DNA from: Parcubacteria group bacterium
GTDB lineage: Bacteria; Patescibacteriota; Minisyncoccia; Moranbacterales; UBA11712
Assembly (NCBI GenBank): GCA_041659685.1
Contig: JBAZXV010000009.1
Location: forward strand, 1 to 53,789
Direction: 5' to 3'
DNA: 53,789 bases
Part shown: positions 8,508-17,335 of the stretch, in pieces
Numbering within the stretch: position 1 is the stretch's first letter
Layout of the letters: each line of letters starts with the position of its first letter
The notes under the pieces: generated by a model
Database searches by the model: none
What the model was told of the DNA's origin: nothing
The model's input: only the letters and a program-made list of their open reading frames with translations
Made by a program: the position numbers and the translations under genes

Positions 8508-9020
8508 ATGGCTCCTCAGAAGAACAAATTAATCGTTTTTATCGGAAAGCCCGGAGTCGGAAAAAGCACTCTGATAAGTTCTTTTTTTTCCGGCGCTGAA
8601 ATTGTCGATGTCATGCCGTATGTAAAGAAGCACAAGAAAAAGGGAAAAATTCCGGAAGCGGAAACAATTCATGCCTACCGAGAAATGTATGAATATTTGA
8701 ATAATTCCAGACCTGGGGGAAATTTAGTTTTGGAACTAGGGACCAATCATCCTGAGTTGAACGCTAACGAGCTCAAACGACTGAAGGAAAAATTTATTCT
8801 AAAAATTTTCTTGTGCGACGCTCCGAAGCATGTTTGTCGGGAGAGAGCCGAAAACAGAGGAAGGAAATTTGATAAAAAAGCCTTGCTTCTGAGGCTTGAA
8901 CGCGATTTTCCAAATTCACATACTGGTTTTTTTGGAGAAAAGGGAATGAAATTCCATGTGCTTGATATGACGCGATCATTGAAAGAAATCAAATCCAAAG
9001 TCAGTGAATTACTGTATTGA
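8508..9020 (+). CDS. P-loop NTPase or small kinase-like protein, function unknown
   Basis: Walker A GKPGVGKST at the N-terminus. No other diagnostic motif was recognised. Confidence 0.55.
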   Translation: MAPQKNKLIVFIGKPGVGKSTLISSFFSGAEIVDVMPYVKKHKKKGKIPEAETIHAYREMYEYLNNSRPGGNLVLELGTNHPELNANELKRLKEKFILKIFLCDAPKHVCRERAENRGRKFDKKALLLRLERDFPNSHTGFFGEKGMKFHVLDMTRSLKEIKSKVSELLY

Positions 9021-9059
9021 TCATTTTGTGAATCAATCGTATTATTAAGCAGTAAATCC

Positions 9060-9629
9060 ATGAAAATAATCCTCGGAACAGCTTCAAAATGGAGGCAAGC
9101 CTACTTTAAGGAGCTTGGATATGAATATGAGGTAAAAACTGCTGATATCGACGAAAAAATGGTAAGATCGGATGATTTTTACAAACTTCCGATCCTTATC
9201 GCCAAAGCAAAGGCGGAGGCTATTCTGCCCAGCATAAATAAGCCGTCGATTCTTCTCACTTTTGACGAAATTATTGTTTTTGAGGGAAGAATTCTGGAAA
9301 AACCAAAGGATGAAAAGGAAGCTCGTGATGTTCTCTGTAGTTATGCCGATAAATGGGTGGAAACGATAAGCGCTGTTTGCGCCGAGAATACGAAAAGCGG
9401 GAAAAAGGCTGAGGGAATCGAAGTTGCAAAATTGCTCTTCAAAAAGATTCCAGCGTCAGTTATCGATAAATTTTTGAAGAAGGGTGATATTTTAAAATGC
9501 GCGGGAAGTTTCGAACTGGAAGACCCGCTGCTGCAAAAATATGTTAAAAAAATCGAAGGCACGATAGACAGTATTGCGGGCCTTCCGAAAGATCTGACAA
9601 AAGAGCTGATTGAAGTAGTGTCGGAATAG
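9060..9629 (+). CDS. maf: Maf-like nucleoside-triphosphate pyrophosphatase
   Basis: IILGTASKWRQ..LG..YEV..ADIDE N-terminal pattern, ILEKPKDEKEA, and the C-terminal CAGSFELE/IEGTIDSIAGLP pattern typical of Maf/HAM1-related proteins. Confidence 0.75.
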   Translation: MKIILGTASKWRQAYFKELGYEYEVKTADIDEKMVRSDDFYKLPILIAKAKAEAILPSINKPSILLTFDEIIVFEGRILEKPKDEKEARDVLCSYADKWVETISAVCAENTKSGKKAEGIEVAKLLFKKIPASVIDKFLKKGDILKCAGSFELEDPLLQKYVKKIEGTIDSIAGLPKDLTKELIEVVSE

Positions 9630-9740
9630 ATTAAGCAAATTGAAAAAATTGATGATTGCGATGAAATCAATTATTGGAATATTAAACAAAAAATACTTCC
9701 ATCATTACAATGATGGAAGTATTTGGCGCTATAAGCAATT

Positions 9741-10259
9741 ATGCCGGCAGATGAAATCAGCATAGAAAGAGCAAAGAAAAACAAACTGTTTTATTTTGTC
9801 GCGAATGTCGTAGTTTACCGCGAATCGGACGGGCGATGCCTGATTCTTAAGAGAAGCGAAAGGGAAAAAGTCCATCCCGGAAAATACGCGACTCCCGGCG
9901 GGAAACTTGAATGGGAAAACCTTGATCTTAAAAATCCAACGCGTCTCAACGGGGAGGTAATTGATTTTGAAAACGCAGTTGAAGATCTGGTGGCGCGGGA
10001 AACAAAGGAGGAGGCGGGAATTGAAATTGAGAAAGATCTGAAGTATATTAATAGCGTTGCCTTTGTGAGGCCGGACGGGATTCCGGTGGTGCTTGTGAAA
10101 TTCGCGGCCAAATACAAAAGCGGTGAAGTTAAAATAGACGAATATGATTTTTCCGGTTTTGCTTGGGCAAACGCGGAGGAAGTGAAAGAATACGATTGCA
10201 TATCAGGGATCAATGAAGAAGTGAGAAGGGCGGCGGAAATATTTAGCGACAAGGCTTAA
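9741..10259 (+). CDS. Nudix hydrolase with an insertion in the Nudix box
   Basis: PGGKLEW..(insert)..VEDLVARETKEEAGIE. Confidence 0.75.
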   Translation: MPADEISIERAKKNKLFYFVANVVVYRESDGRCLILKRSEREKVHPGKYATPGGKLEWENLDLKNPTRLNGEVIDFENAVEDLVARETKEEAGIEIEKDLKYINSVAFVRPDGIPVVLVKFAAKYKSGEVKIDEYDFSGFAWANAEEVKEYDCISGINEEVRRAAEIFSDKA

Positions 10260-10299
10260 AAAACTCAAGAATATAATCCGATATAATTAATTCAAATCT

Positions 10300-10632
10300 A
10301 TGTTAGAGGGAGAACCGAAAAATCCCGCGATTGACGTTCAAATGAGGAATGAAATTATCCGCATTGTTCAAAGCTATATAAAATTCAAAATACCATTAAA
10401 TGACAACCGAATTAAGGCGCTCGAAAAATTAGAAAATGAAGAGTTTATTCGAGAAGCCCTTGAGCCGTTTGAAGATATTGTCATTTCCGGGGTTAGGATT
10501 GATACTGAAGAAATCGCTCGAAATGTTTTTGATTTAATTAATATGATTCTGGGAATAGACGCCGTCAGCATGGATGAGATAACTTTTATTCCTGAAAAGA
10601 AGCGCTGGATGAGGACAAGGCGGCGGCAATAG
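10300..10632 (+). CDS. Hypothetical protein
   Basis: 110-aa ORF co-oriented with its neighbours. No motif was recognised. Confidence 0.4.
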   Translation: MLEGEPKNPAIDVQMRNEIIRIVQSYIKFKIPLNDNRIKALEKLENEEFIREALEPFEDIVISGVRIDTEEIARNVFDLINMILGIDAVSMDEITFIPEKKRWMRTRRRQ

Positions 10633-10772
10633 TTTTTATAAGAAATTTAGGAGGGCTCGGCTTGGATTTATATTCCCTGCATGTAAATAAGCAAAGTCCG
10701 CCGCATGCCGACATGAAAATTTTTTAATTGGCAGAACATTAATTTCTCGGAAAATGCGATAATTTCGTGCTG

Positions 10773-10800
10773 TTGAAAAATAAACATCAGCATGTATAAT
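10773..10800 (+). promoter_or_regulatory. Sigma70-like promoter, TTGAAA-16 nt-TATAAT
   Basis: ttgaaa at 10773-10778 and tataat at 10795-10800. The ATG at 10809 is only 9 nt past the -10 box. Confidence 0.45.
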
Positions 10801-10808
10801 GAAAAAAA

Positions 10809-11609
10809 ATGATCCGGAAATTAAAGCGGAAAATAAGGGGGAAAACAATAAAAATCGCAGCGGCCCTGGTGCTGGCCGTGTTTTTGCTGCCGAATTTTGT
10901 TTTTGCCGAAAAAGTCGGCTGGGTAACCGACATTCACGCGGGTCACGCCAAAAAAAAGAGAAAAAGCGAAACAAATATTTTTTACCCGAGAAAATATAAA
11001 AAATATTTCGAAAAAGTTTCAAGGGAACTCAGGGATGAGGGTATTGAGACTCTTATTCTTTCGGGCGATATAACGGATTACGGACATGATTTCAGGCGGG
11101 CAAAAATAGTGAGAAAGATAGCGAGAAAGCAGGGGCTTAAAATTATCCTGGCGCAGGGAAATCACGATGACAGGAAGACGATGAAGACTTTTAACGGGCA
11201 GAAAAAAACTTATTTTTATGTTGACAGATACGATTACCGAATTATCGTTCTGGATTCGAATGAACGCGCGGCGGTAAGGTCAGGCGGGATAAAAGACAAG
11301 CAATTTGACTGGCTCGAGGACGTCCTCGAAAGAACGAGAAAGCCGACCGTGATTGTCATGCATCATCCTATTTTTGATTCAGAAACCAAAGAAATATACG
11401 GTCATTATAAGGGATTTGAACAATTAATCAGCAGCTCCAAAGAAGTAAAGATGGTCATATCCGGCCACTGGCATTTTGAATGGTTCAATTCATATAACGG
11501 AATCAAATATGCGGTTGGCAATCCCCTGACTTTGGAAAACAAAATGGGAAGTTATTATATTATTAATCTTGATAATCTTGAGATTGAATCCAGATACGCG
11601 AGAATTTGA
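10809..11609 (+). CDS. Calcineurin-like metallophosphoesterase with an N-terminal signal or anchor
   Basis: GDITDYG, GNHD, VMHHP and SGHWH motifs in canonical order. Hydrophobic N-terminus AAALVLAVFLLPNFVFA. Confidence 0.8.
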   Translation: MIRKLKRKIRGKTIKIAAALVLAVFLLPNFVFAEKVGWVTDIHAGHAKKKRKSETNIFYPRKYKKYFEKVSRELRDEGIETLILSGDITDYGHDFRRAKIVRKIARKQGLKIILAQGNHDDRKTMKTFNGQKKTYFYVDRYDYRIIVLDSNERAAVRSGGIKDKQFDWLEDVLERTRKPTVIVMHHPIFDSETKEIYGHYKGFEQLISSSKEVKMVISGHWHFEWFNSYNGIKYAVGNPLTLENKMGSYYIINLDNLEIESRYARI

Positions 11610-11687
11610 GGATTTGCCGAGGTGTCGGAATATTCCGGTAAAACAAACAAATTAACCGAAATAATTATTAGCTGCTAATTCTAAATT

Positions 11688-11963
11688 ATGTTTTGGAACA
11701 AGAAACCTGCCTCTTCGGCGAATAAGAAAAATAACGATGATCAGGGCGATGCTTCAAAAATGGGGATGCTTCAGAGACTGGCAATGAAAAAACTGATGAA
11801 AATGGATCCGAAAGAACGGGAAAGGATGATCCAAAAAGCCATGACTCCGGAGAATATCGCCAAAAATAAGGATAAAATTCTTGAAACGATGGAAAAAATG
11901 AGAGAGTCCGGACAAATCACAGAGGAACAGATGAAAACGGCAAAAGAAAAATTGGGGCTGTAG
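11688..11963 (+). CDS. Small Lys/Met-rich hypothetical protein
   Basis: 91-aa ORF followed by a clean terminator. No motif was recognised. Confidence 0.4.
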   Translation: MFWNKKPASSANKKNNDDQGDASKMGMLQRLAMKKLMKMDPKERERMIQKAMTPENIAKNKDKILETMEKMRESGQITEEQMKTAKEKLGL

Positions 11964-11977
11964 AAAAAAAAGTAGAG

Positions 11978-11999
11978 ACGCGATTAATCGCGTTTTTAT
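11978..11999 (+). terminator. Intrinsic terminator
   Basis: Palindrome acgcgattaatcgcgt followed by ttttatttt. Confidence 0.7.
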
Positions 12000-12179
12000 T
12001 TTGGCAAATATATGCCGCTTTATCAAAACAAACACAAAACCCAATCTGAGAGGCACAAACAACAGGATTATTCGCAATGAATAAGCGCTTGGAAAAATTC
12101 GGGAATATATTCGGAGGAATCCAAAATTTGGGGATGAGGATAAAAATGAGGCGGAAAATGTTTTTTATTGGACAAGAAG

Positions 12180-12208
12180 TTGCCGGAAACAGGAAAAAGT
12201 GATATTAT
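12180..12208 (+). promoter_or_regulatory. Sigma70-like promoter, TTGCCG-17 nt-TATTAT, immediately upstream of tyrS
   Basis: ttgccg at 12180-12185 and tattat at 12203-12208. The GTG start at 12215 is 7 nt downstream. Confidence 0.35.
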
Positions 12209-12214
12209 TTTCTC

Positions 12215-13426
12215 GTGAAAAACGTTATTGAGGATTCGGAAAAAATTGAAGAAATATTGACTCGCGGAGTCGCTGAGGTGATTGACCGCGAGCATCTCAA
12301 GAAGCGCCTGCTGGCGGATGAGAAACTGCGCGTGAAGTTAGGCGTTGATCCGACCAGTCCATATCTGCATATAGGCAGGGCGGTCACATTGCTTAAGATG
12401 CGCGATTTACAAGAACTGGGACACCAGATAGTTTTTCTCGTTGGAGATTTTACGGGAATTATCGGTGACACTTCCGACAAGGATTCGGAGCGGCCGATGC
12501 TGACGAAGGAAGTCGTCGAGAAAAACATGGAGACATACAAGGGACAGGCAGGCAAGATTCTCGACATGTCCAAGGTGGAATTCCATCATAATTCCGAATG
12601 GTTGGCGAAATTGGGCTATGGGGAGATAGGCGAGCAAGCCGATCAGTTCTCTTTGTCGGGATTCATCGCGCGAGAGAATATTAAAAAAAGATTGAAGAAA
12701 GGTGCGCGGATCTCTCTTCGGGAATTGCTGTATCCGCTTATGCAAGGCTACGATTCGGTTGCATTGAAGGCGGATTTGGAATTGGGAGGCACCGACCAGC
12801 GCTTTAACCTGCTGGCCGGACGCGAATTGCAGAAACACTACGGCCAGGAGCCGCAGGATATTCTGATGGTCAATCTGATCGAAGGCACGGATGGGCGCAA
12901 GATGAGTTCCAGCTGGGGAAATACAGTAAACTTGACTGACCAGCCAGATGACATGTTCGGTAAAATTATGAGCATTCCGGATGAGCTGATCATAAAATAT
13001 TTCATTCACTGTACTCGGGTTTCAATGAAAATCGTTAAAAAAAGGGAAGTAGATATGAAATCCGGAGTAATGAACCCCCGAGATGCTAAATTGGAGCTGG
13101 CGATGGAGATAGTAAGGATATATCATGGTGAAAAAATAGCGAAATCCGCGCAGGAAAATTTTGTAAATGTTTTCCAGAAAAAAGAAGCGCCGGAAAAAAT
13201 CAGATCAGTGAATATCAGAGGTGGTAAGATCAAATTGACTGAATTTCTAGTTAAATCAGATATGGCTGTCAGCTTGGGGGATGCGAGGAGAAAAATTGAA
13301 CAAGGCGGGGTTTCGGTGGAAGGCGAAAAAATTTTGGATTATAAGCTTGAATTAAGCAAGAAAGATTATGATAATAAAGTGATTAAGGCTGGCAAATTTC
13401 ATTTTATAAAAGTTATATTTAAATAA
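12215..13426 (+). CDS. tyrS: Tyrosyl-tRNA synthetase with a C-terminal S4-like domain
   Basis: HIGH-type motif PYLHIGRAV, KMSKS-type motif KMSSSWGN, and the C-terminal LVKSDMAVSLGDARRKIEQGGVSVEG. The start is the GTG given by the ORF track. Confidence 0.88.
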   Translation: MKNVIEDSEKIEEILTRGVAEVIDREHLKKRLLADEKLRVKLGVDPTSPYLHIGRAVTLLKMRDLQELGHQIVFLVGDFTGIIGDTSDKDSERPMLTKEVVEKNMETYKGQAGKILDMSKVEFHHNSEWLAKLGYGEIGEQADQFSLSGFIARENIKKRLKKGARISLRELLYPLMQGYDSVALKADLELGGTDQRFNLLAGRELQKHYGQEPQDILMVNLIEGTDGRKMSSSWGNTVNLTDQPDDMFGKIMSIPDELIIKYFIHCTRVSMKIVKKREVDMKSGVMNPRDAKLELAMEIVRIYHGEKIAKSAQENFVNVFQKKEAPEKIRSVNIRGGKIKLTEFLVKSDMAVSLGDARRKIEQGGVSVEGEKILDYKLELSKKDYDNKVIKAGKFHFIKVIFK

Positions 13427-13512
13427 TTTCCAATTCACAATTTTCAATCAATGATCAATTTCTAAATTTTTAATTTTCAAATATTGGAAATTGATGGTTG
13501 AAATTTCAGTCT
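13427..13512. repeat. CCAAT/ATTGG-type AT-rich intergenic hairpin element (family D)
   Basis: ttccaat..ttcaatcaatgatcaatttc is complementary to attggaaattgatggttgaaa. Confidence 0.5.
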
Positions 13513-13513
13513 T

Positions 13514-13993
13514 ATGGCTAACAGGCATCTATTGCGTAGCATTTCCATGCAATCTCTCTATGAGTGGGATTTTCGAGGCGGAAAAAAAGACGAAATTGAT
13601 GGAATTGTGCGGCATAACATAAAAGAATTCGGGCCCGGTTCGGAGGACGAATCTTTTATCCAGTATTTGGTGAAGGGAGTATTGAAACATCGGGAAAAAA
13701 TCGACAAACTGATCGAAAAATGCGCTCCGGAATGGCCGCTGGACCAGGTAACGGTTGTGGACAGGAATGTTTTGCGTCTCGGAATATTCGAACTGGTTTT
13801 CGGAAATTACGAGGAAGTTCCTCCTAAGGTGGCGATTAACGAGGCGATAGAGCTGGCAAAAACTTTCGGCGGGGAATCTTCCGGGAGGTTTGTAAACGGA
13901 GTGCTGGGGACTATTTATCGTGAGATGGGAGAGCCAATGAAAGAGGATAAGGGCGGAAGAGAAAATTCGGAAGATGCAAATGAAAAAAAATGA
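13514..13993 (+). CDS. nusB: Transcription antitermination factor NusB
   Basis: Typical N-terminus [13 protein letters not shown], and [26 protein letters not shown]. Confidence 0.85.
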   Translation: MANRHLLRSISMQSLYEWDFRGGKKDEIDGIVRHNIKEFGPGSEDESFIQYLVKGVLKHREKIDKLIEKCAPEWPLDQVTVVDRNVLRLGIFELVFGNYEEVPPKVAINEAIELAKTFGGESSGRFVNGVLGTIYREMGEPMKEDKGGRENSEDANEKK

Positions 13994-14082
13994 GTGATAA
14001 ATTAATTATTAAATCATAAATTCCCAATAACCAACTGCTTCCCCACGGGGAATCACCCGCAGGGCGGCAATATCTGAATAAA

Positions 14083-14134
14083 TTCCGAATCCCAATGACC
14101 AAACAAAAAAAAGTTTGATTATTGGAATCTGGAA
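14083..14134. repeat. CCAAT/ATTGG-type hairpin element (family D) with an A8 loop
   Basis: 22-nt arms 14083-14104 and 14113-14134 pair at 19 of 22 positions, counting two G-U pairs. Confidence 0.6.
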
Positions 14135-14186
14135 GTTGATTATTATTTTGGATTTGGCGCTTGATTATTGGAGTTTTGCAGGAATT

Positions 14187-14879
14187 ATGGCTGCTCAAGG
14201 CATTGAAGAGCTCGAAAAAAAAATAAAAATTAAGTTTAAGAACCCGGATCTTCTGAAAATGGCCGTTACTCACCGCTCTTATCTTAATGAAAACAGGGAC
14301 TATAAGCTTGAACACAATGAGCGGCTCGAATTTCTCGGAGACGCGGTCTTGGAGCTGGTTGTGACTGAATACCTCTATAATAATTTTCCCAATCCGGAAG
14401 GCGAGCTAACCAATTGGAGGGCTGCGCTTGTGAATAAGGATATGCTTTCCAGCGTTTCAAAAAGCCTCGATGTCGAGCAGTTTCTTTTGATGAGCAGGGG
14501 AGAAACGAAAGACAAGGGAAGGGCGCGGGATTATCTTCTGGCAAACGCTCTTGAGGCAATTATTGGAGCAATCTATATCGATCAGGACTATGATCCGGCG
14601 AAGAAATTTATTCTTGAAAACATAGTGGTTCATCTCAAGAGAGTGATCGAGGAAAAACTCTATCTCGATCCAAAATCCCGTTTTCAGGAAGAGGCTCAGG
14701 ACAAGGCGGGAATAACTCCGAGCTATAAAGTAATTTCAGAAACGGGGCCCGATCATGATAAAAAGTTTGTCGTCGGTGTCTATCTCGACGAAGAAGAGGT
14801 TGCTCAGGGAAGAGGATGCTCGAAACAGGAAGCCCAGAGAGAGGCGGCTAAACAGGCGCTCGAGGCAAAGGGATGGTAA
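14187..14879 (+). CDS. rnc: Ribonuclease III
   Basis: ERLEFLGDAVLELVVTEYLY signature and a C-terminal dsRBD (GPDHDKKFVVGV..GRGCSKQEAQREAAKQALE). I start at the internal ATG at 14187, because the track ORF start at 14115 runs through a repeat element. Confidence 0.9.
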   Translation: MAAQGIEELEKKIKIKFKNPDLLKMAVTHRSYLNENRDYKLEHNERLEFLGDAVLELVVTEYLYNNFPNPEGELTNWRAALVNKDMLSSVSKSLDVEQFLLMSRGETKDKGRARDYLLANALEAIIGAIYIDQDYDPAKKFILENIVVHLKRVIEEKLYLDPKSRFQEEAQDKAGITPSYKVISETGPDHDKKFVVGVYLDEEEVAQGRGCSKQEAQREAAKQALEAKGW

Positions 14880-14889
14880 AAAATAAAAG

Positions 14890-17244
14890 ATGTATTTAAA
14901 ACGCATAGAAATAACCGGTTTTAAGTCTTTTGCAAACAAAACTATTTTGGATTTTTCGCCGTCTGCAAAGCTGTCTGAAAACGGCAGGAATTGCGGCGTA
15001 ACGGCTATTGTAGGACCGAACGGAAGCGGAAAATCAAACGTCGCCGATGCCATTAAATGGGCGATGGGCGAACAATCGTTCAAGAGTCTCCGCGGAAAAA
15101 AATCGGAGGATGTTATTTTTGCCGGTTCCGGAAAAAAAGCCCAGCTCGGCTCCGCCAAGGTGTCGCTTTTTTTTGATAATTCCGACAAAAGCATACCCAT
15201 CGAATTTGAGGAAGTAATCATTTCCAGAAAAATATTTCGAAGCGGAGAAGGAGAATATTCCATCAATAACTCAAAAGTGCGGCTTAGCGATATTGCCGAT
15301 CTTCTGGCAAAAGCGGGGGTTGGACAAAGAAGCTACTGCATAATTAACCAGGGAATGGCTGATGCTATTCTTAATGCCACTCCGGTTGAAAGAAGGATCA
15401 TCCTTGAGGAAGCGGCGGGTGTAAAACAATACCAGCTTAAAAAAGAAAGGTCTCTCAGGAAACTTGAAGCAACCCGTCAAAATATCATCCGGGCCTCCGA
15501 TCTTATGAGAGAAATCGAACCCCATCTTCGGGTTCTCCTGCGCCAGTCGGAAAAAGCGAAAAAAGGCAAGGACGTAACGCAAGCTCTCAGGGAAAAGCAA
15601 AATATTTTCTACGGCAATTTGTGGCATAATTTTCAAGAGGAAAAAGACAGAGTTCTTGCCGCAAAGGAGGAAGAAAGCCGGGAAGAGATGAAGATTCAGC
15701 GCAATATTGACGATCTTGAAATAAGAATAAAAAAGGAAACGAAAGACAACTCCGGATTTGACGAAAGAAGAGACAGCCTCGGAAAAAATAGAGATGAAAT
15801 ATACGAGAAAATAAATGATGCGAGGCAGGAGCTGGCTATGGTCGGCGCGAGGATTGAAATTGAAAAGGAGAAAGCGAGAAATATCGAAATTATTCGGGAA
15901 ATCCCGGTGGATATGCCGTATATCCGCGAAAAGATAAAGGAAATTCAGAGCAAATATTTCGAGATGGAAGAAAGGCTCTGCAAGATGAAGGATATTAATG
16001 AACTTGAAGAGATGAAGCCGGAGCTCGCCGGGCTTCGGGAGGAAATCAAAAGACTCTGGCAGGAAGTGAGCGAAGGGAAAAAATCTTCCCAAGGGCGATC
16101 CGCTGAAGAAGCGGGAAAAAAGAGGGAAAATATTGTAAATTTAAAGATTATCGGGGAGCTTGAAGAAAAAAAGAAAGGCATAAGCGGAAAAATAGAAAGA
16201 CTGAATCAGGAACTTGAAAATAATCGGCGCGATACGGACAAACTTATCCAGACCGATCGGGAAACAAGAGAGTTTTTTTTCAAGCTGGAAGCGGGACTCA
16301 GGGAAAAACAATTTGAGATTTCGAAAGTGCGGGAAAGACTTAATGGAATCCGGGTTGAAATCGCAAAAATAGAAGTGAAAGAAGAAGATGCGGCAAAAAG
16401 AATCCGGGAAGAACTGGGTCTTGGCGATCCGAATCTTATTGAAAATCCAAAAGATGGCCAAAATCCGACAGACATGGACGCGCTTGAGCGGGAGATAAAT
16501 CGGCTCAAAATCCAAGCTGAACAAATTGGAGCCATCGACCCGATGATAATTGAGGAATATGAAGAAACACAAAAAAGATACGATTTTCTTTCCAGCCAGT
16601 CTGAAGACCTGGAGAAGTCAATAGTAACGCTTTCTGAAGTCATAAAAGAGATGGATGAAAAAATCAAGGAGGCTTTTGAAGAAACATATAAAAGGATAAA
16701 TTATGAATTCGCGAAATATTTTAAAATAATTTTTGGCGGGGGAAGCGCGGAACTTGTAAAAATAAGGGTTGAAACGAGGAGAAATACCAAAGATATCAAG
16801 GAGGAAAAATTGAATGAAGCGGAGAGCGCGGATGATGAAGACGAAGAAGCGGCGCAGGAAGAAGAGAAGCAAAAAGAAATCGGAGTTGAAATCAAGGCTT
16901 GTCCTCCGGGCAAAAGAATCTCAAACCTTAATATGCTTTCCGGGGGAGAAAGAACTCTTACCTCCCAAGCTCTTCTTTTTGCGATTATCTCCAATAATCC
17001 GCCTCCTTTTACGGTTATGGATGAGGTGGAAGCGGCGCTTGATGAAGCGAATTCCAAGCGGTTTGGAAGGATTCTCCATGAACTTGCGCATCAGACGCAA
17101 TTTATCCTCATTTCGCATAATAGGGAAACTATGCGCCAGGCTTCGGTGCTTTACGGGGTTACGATGGGCGCGGACGGCGTGTCGAAAGTCCTTTCGGTGA
17201 GAATTGATCAGGTGGGAGAAAAAGGGGAGCTCGGACAGTCTTAA
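14890..17244 (+). CDS. smc: SMC-family chromosome segregation ATPase, unusually short (784 aa) with no recognisable hinge
   Basis: N-terminal FKSFANKT..GPNGSGKSN. C-terminal AIDPMIIEEYEE, FGGGSAEL, the signature LSGGE and Walker B FTVMDEVEAALD. The roughly 365 residues between the head halves are uninterrupted charged coiled-coil-like sequence. Confidence 0.85.
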   Translation: MYLKRIEITGFKSFANKTILDFSPSAKLSENGRNCGVTAIVGPNGSGKSNVADAIKWAMGEQSFKSLRGKKSEDVIFAGSGKKAQLGSAKVSLFFDNSDKSIPIEFEEVIISRKIFRSGEGEYSINNSKVRLSDIADLLAKAGVGQRSYCIINQGMADAILNATPVERRIILEEAAGVKQYQLKKERSLRKLEATRQNIIRASDLMREIEPHLRVLLRQSEKAKKGKDVTQALREKQNIFYGNLWHNFQEEKDRVLAAKEEESREEMKIQRNIDDLEIRIKKETKDNSGFDERRDSLGKNRDEIYEKINDARQELAMVGARIEIEKEKARNIEIIREIPVDMPYIREKIKEIQSKYFEMEERLCKMKDINELEEMKPELAGLREEIKRLWQEVSEGKKSSQGRSAEEAGKKRENIVNLKIIGELEEKKKGISGKIERLNQELENNRRDTDKLIQTDRETREFFFKLEAGLREKQFEISKVRERLNGIRVEIAKIEVKEEDAAKRIREELGLGDPNLIENPKDGQNPTDMDALEREINRLKIQAEQIGAIDPMIIEEYEETQKRYDFLSSQSEDLEKSIVTLSEVIKEMDEKIKEAFEETYKRINYEFAKYFKIIFGGGSAELVKIRVETRRNTKDIKEEKLNEAESADDEDEEAAQEEEKQKEIGVEIKACPPGKRISNLNMLSGGERTLTSQALLFAIISNNPPPFTVMDEVEAALDEANSKRFGRILHELAHQTQFILISHNRETMRQASVLYGVTMGADGVSKVLSVRIDQVGEKGELGQS

Positions 17245-17267
17245 AAAAGAGGCGAAGACTTTGGCTG

Positions 17268-17296
17268 TTGACAAAATCCCCGGAAGCTAATAGAAT
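17268..17296 (+). promoter_or_regulatory. Sigma70-like promoter, TTGACA-17 nt-TAGAAT, for rpsP
   Basis: ttgaca at 17268-17273 and tagaat at 17291-17296. Confidence 0.5.
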
Positions 17297-17335
17297 AAAC
17301 CCCGTGGTGAAAATACTTTAGAACTATCATATTTT

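Noticed and set aside
10636-11022. The minus-strand 128-aa ORF overlapping the phosphoesterase start
   Set aside because: It overlaps a + strand promoter and signal peptide. Its composition is not protein-like (Phe/Arg-rich), and it has no start context.
11964-12214. A T-box riboswitch upstream of tyrS
   Set aside because: I could not find the conserved T-box sequence (..GGGTGGTACCGCG..) or a specifier/antiterminator arrangement in the 250-nt gap. A promoter-like pair abuts the start codon instead.
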